DNA of 64,000 bases, taken from positions 96,658,001-96,722,000 of the forward strand of contig NC_043002.1 in the NCBI RefSeq assembly GCF_006345805.1, written 5' to 3'. The translations under genes were made by a program, and so were the position numbers. Origin of the DNA: Octopus sinensis. Lineage: Eukaryota. The notes under the pieces were generated by a model. The model was given only the letters and a program-made list of their open reading frames with translations, searched no databases and was not told the DNA's origin. This document shows, piece by piece, positions 39,600-54,169 of the stretch (position 1 is its first letter; each line of letters starts with the position of its first letter).

Positions 39600-40800
39600 T
39601 TTGTAGTAAATCACAGAACTAATTTGAAAATATTAAAAAATATAGCACTAAGGCTCGTAGTTTAAGGTGATCTAGATGGGCGTTCATAATTTGCGACCTT
39701 AAGGAAGCCTTGATTTTGTTTAAATATGAAAATATAAATTCGCAGAAATTATTGTGCATGTTGACAAGGTCGTAGTTATTATACCACCATCTTCTGAGAG
39801 TTTGATTACTTCTGTCTGCAACTCTTACCTTGCAGGCATCAACTAGATGTGGTTGAAATGCTAGTTTCAGGGTAATATGATATTCCCCAGAGTCAGTGAA
39901 CTTTTCACAATTGTCTTCACTAATTAATCTAGAACCCCTGCATATTCATCAACGGATTCATACGAATCTTCATGGTCATAAATAGTCTTAGCTAAATGGG
40001 GAAAGTGTTCAGTTGAAATTACATTTAAAGGTAGAAGTTTTTTTTTTCAAAAAAGATAGATTTTTTCGGAAATGTTTCAACTTATGGCTCAGGTCATAAA
40101 TTGATTTTTTGTTTTATTCTGCAAATAAATATTCAAATCATTTTCTTTTGACACGATATCACAAGGAAATGCAAACACTCGTCTAATAATTCACATTGTT
40201 TACTCCATTCTTCATAAATTATCATATCTGCCATGCTCACACCTGTCCTTGCGTGTCAACACACTAGAGTGATACATCACATCCACACTGATTACCTCAT
40301 TGTCCAACCACAGCATGATACGAAAGTGACGATGTCTTGTTGCACTGACATTCGGCGGGGTGTCATATAAAATAGTTTTTGCTTATGCAATATACAATGA
40401 AAAGAAATGAGAACAGCGTGATCTTATACAACTTATTTATTTAAGCAATAAATCCTTAGCGTTTTGCACTAAGGGAAGGAGCACTATCTGTACATACACT
40501 AACTAAATTATCCAAGTTCAACCCAACTTCTTGACATTCATCTTGAAAGTTTGTGAGGATATCTATTCCTCGTGTTCCATCCGTAAGAGTGCACAAAGCC
40601 AGTAATTCTTCATACTAAATGAAAACAGCTGTCTTTGCTTTTGTTTTCCATTTTTAAAAAGTTTTACAATGCAGCGTTTCGTGCCTCTCCCTCTAAATTG
40701 AAATATTATTTTTAGGAGTCGTATAGTGCTGATGAGCGTTAAGCGTTAATGTCGTTATCGCAGTATCACAAAGCAAACAAAAAGATGGGAAAGAGGGATG
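39600..40800 (-). mobile_element. hAT (SPIN/GTF2IRD2-like) transposase remnant
   Basis: Minus frame YEELLALCTLTDGTRGIDIL...LVSVCTDSAPSL at ~40460-40620. Confidence 0.7.
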
Positions 40801-41563
40801 TTATTACGGATCTGAAAAAGGGGTATCAACGAGCGGTTTGACAAGAGGCTCTAATTATAATCATTCAGGCATGTTGAAATTGCAGAGTGTTGTTATGAAT
40901 ATAAGTGGGTCATTGATTAAAATAAACTACTAATTGGTTATATCATTATAAGTAGAGAGAAAAGAGTAGGTGGTTTGTTAATTGACTCATGTAATGCAAA
41001 CACGTTTTCATGCAAGTAGTAATGTGGATGAGACTGTGCGGATGGGTGTAAGTGGACAGAGTATGTCCACGTATATATAGACCTTATGGGTGTACGTATA
41101 TGCCTATGCGGATGGGTGTACGTGGACAGAGAGCAGGTGTGTCTGAGTATATACACCTTAACATGAGGATGTAAGACATCATGTGTGTGTGTGGACGTGT
41201 TGGTTTATCTCGAGCTGTTAAGCGGTAATAACGTGGAGGAGAGGTTGTATGCGTATGCATGTATGTAAGAGATAGCTATTAAGATGTGCTGTGTAGCAGG
41301 TTTTGTGTTAAGGTTCTGAATGTAAGTGGTAGTGTGGTGATGTAATAAAGCTGGTAGGTTGGGTGTGTCTGAGCGGGGTACGATAGACGGTGCACTGAAA
41401 GCGAAGGGGCAATTGAGGAGAAAAAGAATGCTAGCGGATTCTGTTATAGTGGCCTTGAAGAATTCCGAGAGGTGTCAGATGAATGATCGGCGGAATGTAA
41501 AGAAATGTTGCCTTTTAATCAATTTTTTCTTCTAATGATTTCTAACAATCATTAAAATCACAG

Positions 41564-41626
<63 letters not shown>

Positions 41627-42189
41627 CAAAACAAAAAGAAACTGCATTATTTCTCTGTAATTAGTTTATTACATTATGTCTCACTCGTAGTTCAGTGATG
41701 ATATAATTTTTATACCATATAATTATTATCGGGATAATTATTATCTCGTCCTTCATCAGTTCATAGTAAACTGGTTTCGTTTTGGCTTCGGTTTGCGATC
41801 GGTAAGTCTCTCTTTCTGTAAAAGTGAAGATATGCAAAACTATTATTTATATAAAACGAAAACAAATATTAACAAATAAGATGGGCCAGCAATGTTAACT
41901 ATGAAGTTGAGACGTAAATACAATGATATAAATCTTTCCAACCAACTTTACAGTCATTAAACAATACAGTTAAAACTGCGCTGAATTCAATTGTTGAGGT
42001 GGTGAGAGCTATGAGTCAGAGTAATCGCATGCTAAAGCAAAATATATTATAATTATTTATTTTTTCGGTTTACAATGTAGACAAATACAAACACAAAAAC
42101 AAATATATAGGTAGTTACATATACATTAATATACATACATAAATACATACATCTATATATATATATATATATATATAGTATATATATAT

Positions 42190-42241
<52 letters not shown>

Positions 42242-43069
42242 GCATTTCTTATCGGATGAATGGGATTTCGACCTTTCATTGGAATAATTTCCAAAAATGT
42301 CTAATCTCTTTTCTTCATACTTTATTTGTGAATTTTCTTATATAAATTCGCAAAGGTATGAAATCATGCATAGAAATAAGCAACATATGATTTGCCTTGT
42401 GAAACACAGTTCAATAGATTCGTTCATATTTATATAATGGAGGATATTAGATATTAAAATAGATTATAATTTTTATAATTGTTATACAATTTGTTTCTTA
42501 CAAAAAGACTCAGATATTCATAAATAGAAAATCGCAAAAGTCATATTTGTACTCGTCAGTAGCTAATATTAAAACTAAAAAATACGTTAGAAGTACATAG
42601 TTTTTCTCTTAGTTACCATTTTAGGACTATTGTGTCCGTTCTTGCAATCATGTCTATTTGAATCAACACTGAAAAAAATATATTAATTGAATGCTAATTT
42701 ATATAATATCAAAATTGACACTCTCTCTATGAATTCGTATACGTGTGTCTATTTAAATCTCCTTAAATAAAAGTTTATTATTGGTCAGGCTGTATTTGTA
42801 CGTAAGATGAAGAATCCCAAATAAGGGAGTGAATGAATTTTCAAATGCAAATTTAGTTTTTACTTAACTGAGAGTTATCCTTTCGACTTAAGAAATTTTT
42901 AGAAAATATGGTGTTTAATAGTATTAAATAATTTCAGGTTTGTAAAATTTATAATTTAAGTATTTATCGTAAATAATACGGCTAATATTCATTGACAAAA
43001 ATAAGTATATAAGTCGTAATTAATTATCTATTGATATGGTTTTAAGAAAACCATCCCCTCTCATTCTTG

Positions 43070-43116
<47 letters not shown>

Positions 43117-44736
43117 CTAAATGCTGTAAGTTCACCCACATAAGTACATATAATTCCATAAAATGCATGTGTATATATATATATATATATAATATATATA
43201 TATGTATATATATATATATATCCATACCGTCCACAAATTTTATACTCATATTTCTGCATGCGCCACTTTATTACTAAGTATATATGCATTCTATAAAATA
43301 TATGTACGAATACTATAATTAATTACATAGTTTATATTCATACCTATAGTATAAATATAATAGCATAATAATATTAATAAATATATCTCCCCCACATATC
43401 TATATTTGTTTCATCTGTCATTTAATCCAAACTTTTTACTAGAAATAGACAAAGGGAGAGAACCCGTTGTTCTTAACTATAATAATTATTTGGAATAAGT
43501 AGCGTTCCTTCTTTTTTTTTTAAATAGATAAACATCTTATATTTTCATTTATTTCGCACAAATCAACAAATTCTTCATAGTTTTTTTTTATGAACTTAAT
43601 AGTTTGTTCTGCATAACTCAACGTATCTGTTAGTGAATTTACAATGCTACATATAGCATCAATCTTTCTTCAGAATAATTAATGAAAGTTTTCTTCATAG
43701 CTGAACGATAATGCCATACTTGAAAATTTTATTTTACATGAATACCCTCCACTATTAATTGATCTTAACAAGTAAAGAAATACGAAGTTTTATTAGGGAA
43801 CCGTTAATTTATTTCCTGCCCCATAGTTATCTAAGTATAACATATAGCTTATTCTTTCTTAGCTATAACTTTATAAATATTAAAATCTGCACATACAGAT
43901 TTTATTATATATCATTAATCTCTTTTTGATTTAACTATAATATTATTTCGTTATTTCTTCCCCCAGAAAATCTATTTCTCTTTATATTATCATTTAAAAA
44001 AAAATTATTTCACATTCCTCCCTATTTCTTAATTTACCTCGTCAATGTTTTTCCTTAACGTATTCAAAATACTTCACCCTTATTACATTATGTCTCTCAC
44101 AACACTTAAATATCTATATATTCTCTTAAATGGTTATTTACTGTCTTTCTAGACACATAGCCGTCTTTTTTTAAAAATTCTTAATATGTTTCTAAAAGTT
44201 TTGATTAGCTAATACTTCCCACTATTGCTCAATCGGCGTCCCCTCCAACTTTTCTTACAAACAAATGTTTACATTACGAAGCTACTCAACATATAAATAT
44301 GTAGTCCTCATCCAACTTCTCTAGAAAGCTTTTTACCACCAACTTGTATTCCTGTGGAAAACGTGTAAGCATGAGCTTTCTGAATAACATAGCCCTGCCG
44401 ATACCTGGTTACTTTGTTGTTATTTTGTACATCTAAAACGATTAACATCGTTCGAATAAGCCGAAGAACTGTTTACATAGTGACCTGATTGAAACATGTG
44501 TAGGCACCTCTTATACATAATCTCTTTTATTTCACGTTAATGTATCTTCATTTAAATTTTGTTTCTATTAAACTATTTATTATGTTCATATTGTGATACA
44601 AATAAAATAAGTATCCACAATATTTTTTCTCTTTTTCTTATAGTACAATATATCATTGAAAACACCAAACAGTTCATCTCTGGATTTTATAAACCTAAAC
44701 AGGAGACATTATCCTCAACTGACTATATATATATAT

Positions 44737-45107
44737 AGAATTAAAATCAAAATGAGGTTGAAAAAATTGTATATTAATTTAATAACATCAATTTAACACC
44801 AGTGGTTTAGCGCATAAAAAACTGAGATTCAATAAATTATTTAACAATAAAACAATTGTATGGGGTTAATCTATATTTTTGTTATTATTCATTTGTCCTG
44901 CTCACTTACGTTCATAGTGTGCTAAGTTTTTCTTGAGAACAATCTTTAGTGGTTAGCTTACGGCGTCCACTTTAGTGGATTCTCTCTCATATGTGTATTA
45001 AAAATATTAACTGAATCTCAGTTTTTTTATGCGCTAAACCACTGGTGTTAAATTGATGTTATTAAATTAATATACAATTTTTTCACCCTCATTTTGATTT
45101 TAATTCT
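44737..45107. mobile_element. MITE with ~90-bp terminal inverted repeats
   Basis: 44737-44830 is inverted at 45015-45107. Its interior recurs at ~45355-45510. Confidence 0.7.
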
Positions 45108-45511
45108 TAATTAATCTGTTCTCAAACCGGCGTAAACTACTGCAGTGAATTGTTTATGCAGTATTTATTTCTGGATATTTGACGCGCCAGAACGAGGGCA
45201 TTTGAATATAATTATGAATATAATAGGCCGTACTGCTCGTATTTTTGACCTCGTGTTAAGAAATGCCGTGCAGTTCGACAAATTATATTTTTGACGGACT
45301 CCACTGATGATCTGCAAATTAATTGTGTAAGTAAAAATTGCATAATTTATTAACAGTGAAACAATTGTATGGGGCTAATCTATATTTTTGTTATTTTTCA
45401 TTTGTCCTGCTCGTTTACGTTCATAGTGTGCTAAGTTTTTTCTTGAGAACAATTTTTAGTGGTTAGCGTAAGGGCGGTCAATTTAGTGGTTTCTCTCTCA
45501 TATGTGTATTA

Positions 45512-45559
<48 letters not shown>

Positions 45560-45569
<10 letters not shown>

Positions 45570-46211
45570 CTGTCTGTCTGTGTGAATCCCTAAAACTTGA
45601 GAACTACACAACCAATTTCATTCAAAATTTACACATGCTGTACTTACGGTCCATGTAGTGTCATGGGCAAAAAATTTCTAACGTCTTACCTAGGGCGAGC
45701 CCACAGTAATATCATATCTTCCCCACTATTTCAGTATTAGGTGTTAAAAGTGAAACAAAACATCTCTCTATTGTAATGTCAGATACTTTCACTTTAATAC
45801 TGAAACTATTAAATATAAAGGTCACTATGTTTTATCTCTTATTATAAAAGGCAGATTTTATCTGCCTCCCTTTGGGAGTTATACAAATCTACAATATAGG
45901 ATTTCTTCAATTACAATTTACCTAGCATTTTTGAGAGTACAATGCATCGCGTCATGCCAGGTCCAGTTTTTAAAATTTAAACTCCAATTAAGCAAAATTT
46001 ACAGAAACTCACATTCTGGTGTGTGTGTCAAATGCTTTTCTTAGTCTGGTTTACACCACACGCAAACGCACACACACAGTGGGCAACGAATAAAATGAAA
46101 GTAATTCCCTTACTGTAGTGAGTGATTCTTTCACTCTGCCTCCCACTTCCTCTTTCCACACAGACACGCAAATATATAAATAAAATTGTAAGCTAACGTG
46201 CGTGTGTGTGA

Positions 46212-46247
<36 letters not shown>

Positions 46248-46937
46248 GGGTGCGTGTGTGTGTGTGTGTGTGTGCGTGTGCGTGAGTGTGTGACAGGAAA
46301 GTTTTTTACGACGAATATAATACCTATATCCAAGTAGCAGAAAGATAAGACAGTAAGGTGTGATTTGAGGGAGATTTGGCTGCTATTTCTACCATGTCTA
46401 GCTGCCATGTAGGGGTCTCCCTCATAGGCTCATACATACATATATACATAGATAAGACAGTAAGGTGTGATTTGGGGGAAATTTGGCTGCTATTTCTACC
46501 AGGTCTAGCTACCATGTAGAGGTCCCCCTCATTGGCTCATATATACATACATAAGACAGTAAGGTGTGATTTGATTTGAGGGAGATTTGGCTGCTGTTTC
46601 TACCAGGTCTGTTAGGCCTTCTCATATAAACTCAAGCTTTATCATGCCTTGAACATAAGACCAAAGCAGAGAATGTATTCTTTTATTCTTCTGCTTTTTC
46701 CAGCCATTGGTCTGTGGCCATGCTGGGGCAATGCCTTGAAGAATTGTAGTTTAATGAATCAACTCCAGTTTTATTTTTGTAAGCATTGTACTTATTCTAT
46801 CTGTTTCCTTTGTCAAACCACTAGGTGACAGGGATGTAAACAAACCAACATTCGTTGTCAAGCAGTGGTGGAGGACAATCACAAGCACAGACACGCACAC
46901 ACACACACATACATGCATACACACATACACACATACA

Positions 46938-46973
<36 letters not shown>

Positions 46974-48952
46974 TATGTGTGTATATATATATTGCAGCGT
47001 GGAAGGTGTTTGTAAGCCATTTAAGAAACACACAAAAACCGTTACATTCACTTCAACATTTAAATTTAATTTGCCAAAATATTTTCGTCGCTTTGAGACC
47101 GCGACCTGTTCACTGACAAAAATATGTGCTAACAGGTCGCGGTCTCAAAGCGACGAAAATATTTTGACAAATTAAATTTAAATGTTGAAGTGAATCTAAC
47201 GGTTTTTGTGTGTTTCTTAAATGGCTTATAAACACCTTCAACGCTGCAACTGTTTTCGTTCCAGCACACGATCTCAGATCAAGTCACTTGCTATGCAAGT
47301 ACATCTCTGTGACTATATATATATTTATATATATATATATATGTGTATATTGGTAAAAACAGTAAGATAACAAAAGAAAGAAAGAGACCTCAATATTATG
47401 TAAATAGAGGAAATCTTTATATATAAAAGTGAGGTTGTGTGTCTGTCTCCTACGATTTAGATTCCTAACTACTCCCACATTTTGCGGTGCAGTTTAACCA
47501 AAACCGGGTATCTTATAGTCGTGATTCATATCGAGACCGTCTGGGTATTAGCGCGCGTCTACGATGAGTCTACGATTTAAAAAAAAAATTACCATCAATT
47601 TTTCCCATTTTTAATCCATTTTTGACATATATAAGGGAAGTAACTCTAAAATTTATTATTAAATCTCAGAACGTAAAAAGCTACAGTAACACCCCTCCCC
47701 CTTTGTAGTTAGCCATATTGAGATGGCTATTATACTTTACATCTCTAAAAATGCTTATATAATTATTTCCCTTACAAACCCGAGCAACGCCGGGCGATAC
47801 TGCTAGTCTCTTATTATAAAAGGCAGATTTTATCTGCCTCCCTTTGGGAGTTATACAAATCTACAATATAGGATTTCTTCAATTACAATTTACCTAGCAT
47901 TTTTCAGAGTACAACGCATCGCGTCATGCCAGGTCCAGTTTTTAAAATTTAAACTCCAATTAAGCAAAATTTACAGAAAACTCACATTCTGGTGTGTGTC
48001 AAATGCTTTTCTTAGTCTGGTTTACAGCACACGCAAACGCACACACACAGTGGGCAACGAATAAAGTGAAACTAGATGTAATATTTGTTTCTCTCTATCA
48101 TGCTGATAGATACATGAGTAAAATGTATGGGAAGCTAACAGATAACAGTGAGTGAAAATGTTCTTGGAAGAGAGTAAATTACCGACAGTATGAAACAGTG
48201 TTTATGTATAAACAGACGACACTTATATAAACCCTTTCGTTACCAAACCGCCCGAATTTACCTATTCATATTTAAATGAGAATATCAGAGTAAATCTCTT
48301 TAGTACATTCGTGAAAACACGTATTATACTTCGTAAACACTTCAAATACAGTTTTGTACAAAAATCGAAGTATAATTTTAATTCCGTGAATTATGGGACA
48401 TTTTTTTCCGAAATTTGTTCCTATTGTGTTTTCAAAATTTTTAATTCTGACAAAAAATGGATACGAATTTCATTATATCAAGCAGCGAGTCAGAATTCGA
48501 AGGATATTCTACTGAAGACCTTCATAAATCTAACTCTATGACTGAAAAAAAAAGCATCTTTATATAAGAGTGACGTTGTGTGTCTGTCCCCTTCGATTTA
48601 GATTCGTAACTACTCCCACATTTTGCTGTGCAGTTTAACCAAAAGCGGGTATCTTATAGTCGTGATTCATATCGAGCCCTTCTGGGTATTAGCGCGCGTC
48701 TACGATGAGTCTACGATTTAAAAAAAATTTACCATCATATTTTTCCATTTTAATGCATTTTTTTCGCTTTTATATAAGGGAAGTAACTCTCTAAAAATAT
48801 CTACGATGTGTCAACGTGTTTTAAAAAAAATTTACCTTAATTTTTTTTCAATTTTTAATGCATTTTTTTGCTATTTTTTGGCTATAACTCTCTAAAAATG
48901 CTTATATAGTTATTTCCCTTACAACCCGAGCAACGCCGGGCGATACTGCTAG
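45560..48952 (+). mobile_element. Cluster of non-autonomous Helitrons (47414-47806 head-to-tail with 47807-48075; 48557-48952; partial 45833-46095)
   Basis: TC starts, shared hairpin-CTAG ends; 45833-46095 is nearly identical to 47807-48068. Confidence 0.75.
46340..46610. repeat. Three ~105-bp tandem units (AAGACAGTAAGGTGTGATTTGAGGGAGATTTGGCTGC)
   Basis: Direct. Related single copies occur elsewhere, e.g. ~23370. Confidence 0.85.
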
Positions 48953-49838
48953 TATATATATAAAGTCAAACTATTATATAAGAGGAATGAACCATTAACA
49001 GTGGACATCCATTTTGCTAGAAGAAGATCCGCTATGGTCTTATATGCTACAGCACTGGTTTTCAATTCATATTAATCAAATTGATATTCAATTTCTCACC
49101 CTTATTATTTTAAATTTAAACCCAGGACCATGTGTTTTGGAACGAAGTTTGTTACCACACAGCCACACCTGCACCTATGTATATGTATTTTGTGTGTGTG
49201 TGTGTGTGTATAGCTGTATATGTATACATTTATTTCTATACATATAGATGTATATGTATATATGTATACATGTATATGTGTAGATGTATATATAAATATA
49301 TAGATGTACAAGTAATATGTACACATATATATTCACATATATACATGCATACATATATATACACCTATACACACATAGATAGGTGCAGATGTGGCTGTGT
49401 GGTAACAAACTTCGTTCCTAAACACATAGTCCTGGGTTCAGTCCCACTATGTGGTGACTTGGCATGTGTCTTCTGCTATAGTCTCAGACCTACCAAAGCC
49501 TTGTCAGTGGATTTTGTAGATAGAAACTGAAAGAAATCAATTGTATATATATATGTATATATGTAATTCTCTGTGTGTGTCTTTGTGTTTCTCCCTCATC
49601 TCTGCCTCACTAATGTTCGTGTGTGTACGTCTCCATAAACTAGAGTTTCCGCAATATTGGATATTCTTTGTCTAAAATCCTTTAAGGCAGTGCTCCAGCA
49701 TGGCCGCAGTCATGCTCTACTTAAGAAATACTAAGCAGTTTGAGGTTGGCTACCCTGAAAAAACAAACAATCACGTTTTATATATAATTAAAATAGGGAT
49801 TTTAACAGAATATTCAACTGGAAATGCTAAGATTTGTA

Positions 49839-50380
49839 TTGCGTTGTCCGGAAAGTTCGTGCCGTTGTTTAAAGGAAAGAAAAAGGTCAATAAATACTTG
49901 CCATTATATTTTTAATCAACCAGATATGAACCATTTTGTTGCACAATGCGTCTCTATCTTTCCTTTAACTTGAAAATACCCATTTCCCAGAATTGAGGTG
50001 GTTTCATGTCAAAGAATTCATCAAGGTATCTTTTTACGTCATCCAAGGAATTGAAGTTTTTACCGTTAAGACTATTCTGCAGAGACCTGAATAAGTGGAA
50101 ATCCGAAGGAGCAATATCTGGTGAATATGGAGGGTGGGGTAACACATCACACCCGAGCTGCAGCAATTTTTGCCTGGTTCCCAAAACTTCAAGTATCGGA
50201 AACTTTCTTATCTTCCATTTTAAAGGGTTACAGAATTAACACATGTTCCAGAAAAAGATAGCTTACACTGTGCTCTAAATGGAGGTATAGTCAAATCCTA
50301 TTTTATGAACTCAACCATGTTCTAAAATAAGTCGAATGATAAGCTACTATAAATCGGCTCGAACTTTCCGGACAACCCAA
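49839..50380 (-). mobile_element. Internally deleted mariner retaining the catalytic C-terminus
   Basis: TIRs TTGCGTTGTCCGGAAAGTTCG / CGAACTTTCCGGACAACCCAA flanked by TA. ORF 49954..50184: HPPYSPDIAPSDFHLF. Confidence 0.9.
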
Positions 50381-50903
50381 TATTTTCACATCTGGATTAG
50401 AACTAACAAGTGTTAAATTTAGAACTGAAGAGGAAATGTTACAAGGACAACGCAACAATGATATGGAAATAATGTAATATATGAGCTAAATAAAATATCT
50501 TCAAATATGTACTTACAGGCGTAAACAAGATCTACTTGGTTTTGATGTGATTCGAACGTTTCTATTTCCCAAATATTTGCACGTGTGAGTCCAGCATACA
50601 CCGTCTTCGATGGCCACCCAAGTTGCGTCTCTCTTAATACATGAGCCATTATCCTTCCGACAATCTGTCGTTGATAAGAGAACGAACAGTGTATTGGTCA
50701 TTGTGTTATAATTTTTTCTATAAAATATTTAATGCTTATACTGGTCTAAAACTTTACCAAAGGGCCAGCAATTTCAGAGGAACGGTCCGGTCAAGTCGAT
50801 TAAAATTACTGTTACTTATTTTATCGATCTAGAAGTTTAAATTCAGATCGGAAAGATAGGATTGGGATAAAGTATATAAAGTTTAAAATTATTATTAAAA
50901 AAT

Positions 50904-50962
<59 letters not shown>

Positions 50963-51636
50963 ATATACTTACCAACCACATGGTACCTGGTTCAGTCCCA
51001 CTGCGTGGTACCTTGGGCAAGTGTCTTCTACTACAGCTTCGGGCCGACCAAACCCCTCTTATAGATTGCTATATCTTTATTCCTACCTAACAATCAATTT
51101 TTCACTCTACGTTCTATCGACTCCTCGACTTATAAATTATTAGCAAGTTATTGCATAAATTATATATTTTACTTCTATTAATTACAATCTCTTTTTCTTA
51201 ATTCTTAATGTTAATACTTTATATATTTCACCCCAATCCAGTTTTCTTCTGTTCTTTCCTTCGTAGAGAATATATTTTTTTCTATATTTCCTTTATTTCC
51301 CTATTTTCCCCGTTTTCTTTATCGTCAATTCACCTAAGACATATTCGTTCAAAACGATCAGTTTGCAACTTTCTTAACCATTTTTGTTTTAAATTCTAAA
51401 TTCTAGTTTTCTCATTTTAACTCTTCATGGCACACCACCCCTCATTAGCTTTCTCCCCCTTTTTCATTTTCTCCCCCATTTTATGTCGCAACATATCAAA
51501 TTCTAAGTCCGCCGGAATATGTCTGCAGGTTAGCATGTGGTTTATGGCATTTTCCACCCCTTACCACTCACATCATTAGTATCATTATTCTTGTGATTTT
51601 AAAAAATTCCTTCTAACTATCCTCTAACTATAATTA

Positions 51637-52148
51637 TAAGGTTGTCCCAAAAGTTCGTAAACACTTGCGAAAATTTGAATTTTTATGCAATTTTTAATTG
51701 TTTGTTTGGGTTTATATTGTTATAGTTACCTTCATCTTTATATTCCAGATGCCCATGAATAAAATTGAGCTGCGAGTTTTGATTCGTTACTGCTGGAAGC
51801 GAGGTCTTTCAACCAGAAAAGCTGCAGAAGAGATTTGTGCTGCCGAAGGTGAAGGAACAATTGCATATGCGGCGATCTCAAAGTGGTACAAGCGTTTCGA
51901 TTCTGGCGACATGACTCTTGAAGATAAGCCTCGTTTGGGACGGCCGTTAAAGTTAGATGATGGAGATTTACAAACCAGGTTGAATATTGCGCCTTCATCG
52001 AGTACTCGAGAATTAGCTGATGAGCTTGGAGTTGGCAAATCAACAATTCACCGATACTTTTGAGGAATACTTTTTGTTGTTTTTGTTAGTACTTGTCGAG
52101 TAAAAATCCAATTTTCGCAAGTGTTTACGAACTTTTGGGACAACCTAA
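51637..52148 (+). mobile_element. Internally deleted mariner retaining an intact HTH DNA-binding ORF
   Basis: ~38-bp TIRs (T[A/T]AGGTTGTCCCAAAAGTTCGTAAACACTTGCGAAAATT), TA TSD. ORF MPMNKIELRVLIRYCWKRG...LEDKPRLGRP...STRELADELGVGKSTIHRYF*. Confidence 0.9.
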
Positions 52149-52893
52149 TATTTGTTCACTTAGTTAACAATTTCTTGCGTCTTTTCCTTGTGCCTCTTTA
52201 ACGTTATCGCTAGAGGTAAATTGAAATAATTTCTCACCCATGAAATGATATTTGGTACCGGTGACGATGTTGTACTGAATGACAATACATGTGCTATGTA
52301 TTGTCTTTTCCTCATTTAGTAACATCCTTAGCCTCCCCTTCTTCCTTCTTCTTCTTCTTCTTCTTCTTCATTCTTCTTCTTCATTCTTCTTCTTCTTCTT
52401 CTTCATTCTTCTTCTTCTTCTTCTTCTTCTTTTTCTTCTTCTTCTTCTTCTTCTTCTTCTTCTTCTTCCTCCTCCTTCCCATATGACCTCTATACTAATT
52501 ATTCATTCCCTAATTGAGCTTTTATTTACTTTTTCTTTTTCCCAAAGTAAACCAAAAAAAAAAAATGCCTAGAAGATACGCAATGTAAGAGCGCATCTGT
52601 TATGCAAATTAGATGAAGTGTCACGCTAATATCTAAAAGCGTGAACACTTACCGAACAACCACACAGATGATTTGTTTATAGTGATCAAATATTTGTGTA
52701 GACATAAGCTCATTCCCTCCATTAGATCTACATTACCTGTACAGGTGCAATCGGTACCACATGACAGATGCCGAAATCATCACAGAGCAAGAGCAACGTG
52801 AAATGAAGTGCTTTGCTCAAGAACACTACACAACGCCTGGTCTGGCTATCTCGCAACCGTGAGTGCAACACCCTAACCACAAAGCCATGCGCC

Positions 52894-52929
<36 letters not shown>

Positions 52930-52945
52930 TATATAATATGTATAT

Positions 52946-53024
<79 letters not shown>

Positions 53025-53116
53025 TATAGGGGGAAATATAATTAATTTAATAAAATCAACAAATTTCACCTAGTAGTTTTTCGGTATGGAAAAGGACCAT
53101 ATTCGGTAAAAGCTCA

Positions 53117-53402
53117 TATAATTATAATAATAAGGGTTTTTTGCAACAAGTTGCTTCACCACATACCGAAAATTTTAGAAATAGCAGCCAAAGGACTACT
53201 ATTTCCTTTTACTACAAAAATATGTCTCCACAGACAACAATATTTATAACTCATTTTTGCAATATGTGAGTTACAAATATTGTTGTCTGTGGAGACATAT
53301 TTTTGTAGTAAAAGGAAATAGCAGTCCTTTGGCTGCTATTTCTAAAATTTTCGGTATGTGATTAAGCAACTTGTTGCAAAAAACCTTATTGTTATAATTA
53401 TA
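53117..53402. repeat. Foldback palindrome, ~137-bp arms with a 13-nt loop
   Basis: 53117-53253 is inverted at 53267-53402. Confidence 0.9.
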
Positions 53403-53435
53403 CAGATAGATAGATAGATACAAATATATATATAT

Positions 53436-53468
<33 letters not shown>

Positions 53469-54169
53469 CTTACTCATAAGGTATTGGAATCTTACATATA
53501 TACCATTCTGCCTAAAAAATGGATCTACAAATTCAATATCCTTACATATCTCACATCTATTTTCTTACCTCCACCTCACTCTCTATTTTGTATCGCATCT
53601 AAATTAATTATTACTTAACCATCTCCTCACACCGTCTCCGATGAAGGGATATAATTAAGAAATATCCTGGAAACAGCCGTAAGACCTTCTATCTATAAAT
53701 GTTCTAATATCTACACAGCCTTGGTTTTTTATCTCATTACGCAAAAAAATCTTATATACACACGCTGACATATGACCAACGTTGAACCCCTTATTCGCAA
53801 AATCACCGAACCTGGAGCTTAAATATGGTCTGTCTATAGCACTTATTCAGGATTACCTGACACCTTTGGGTCTCAATAACACCATTACCTCTAATAACCA
53901 TATATATACATATATACTGAGTTGGTGAGTCTGACTTTAAATCAGCCGACTTCGAGGGCCACCTCCCAGTGGTGTCGGGCGTCAACAAAGAGCCCTCGAC
54001 TACAATAAGACGCCCAAAGATTTTTTTTCAAGGTCTGGGGTCTCCTGCCTTTAAGTTCTAGACCATCACATAATACCTCTTACCCGTCTTGTTGCTTAAC
54101 AACAACAACGACTTTAAATCAAGCAATTAATAGTTTAAATGACTAATTTTAATTTTGTACAGTTAACCC

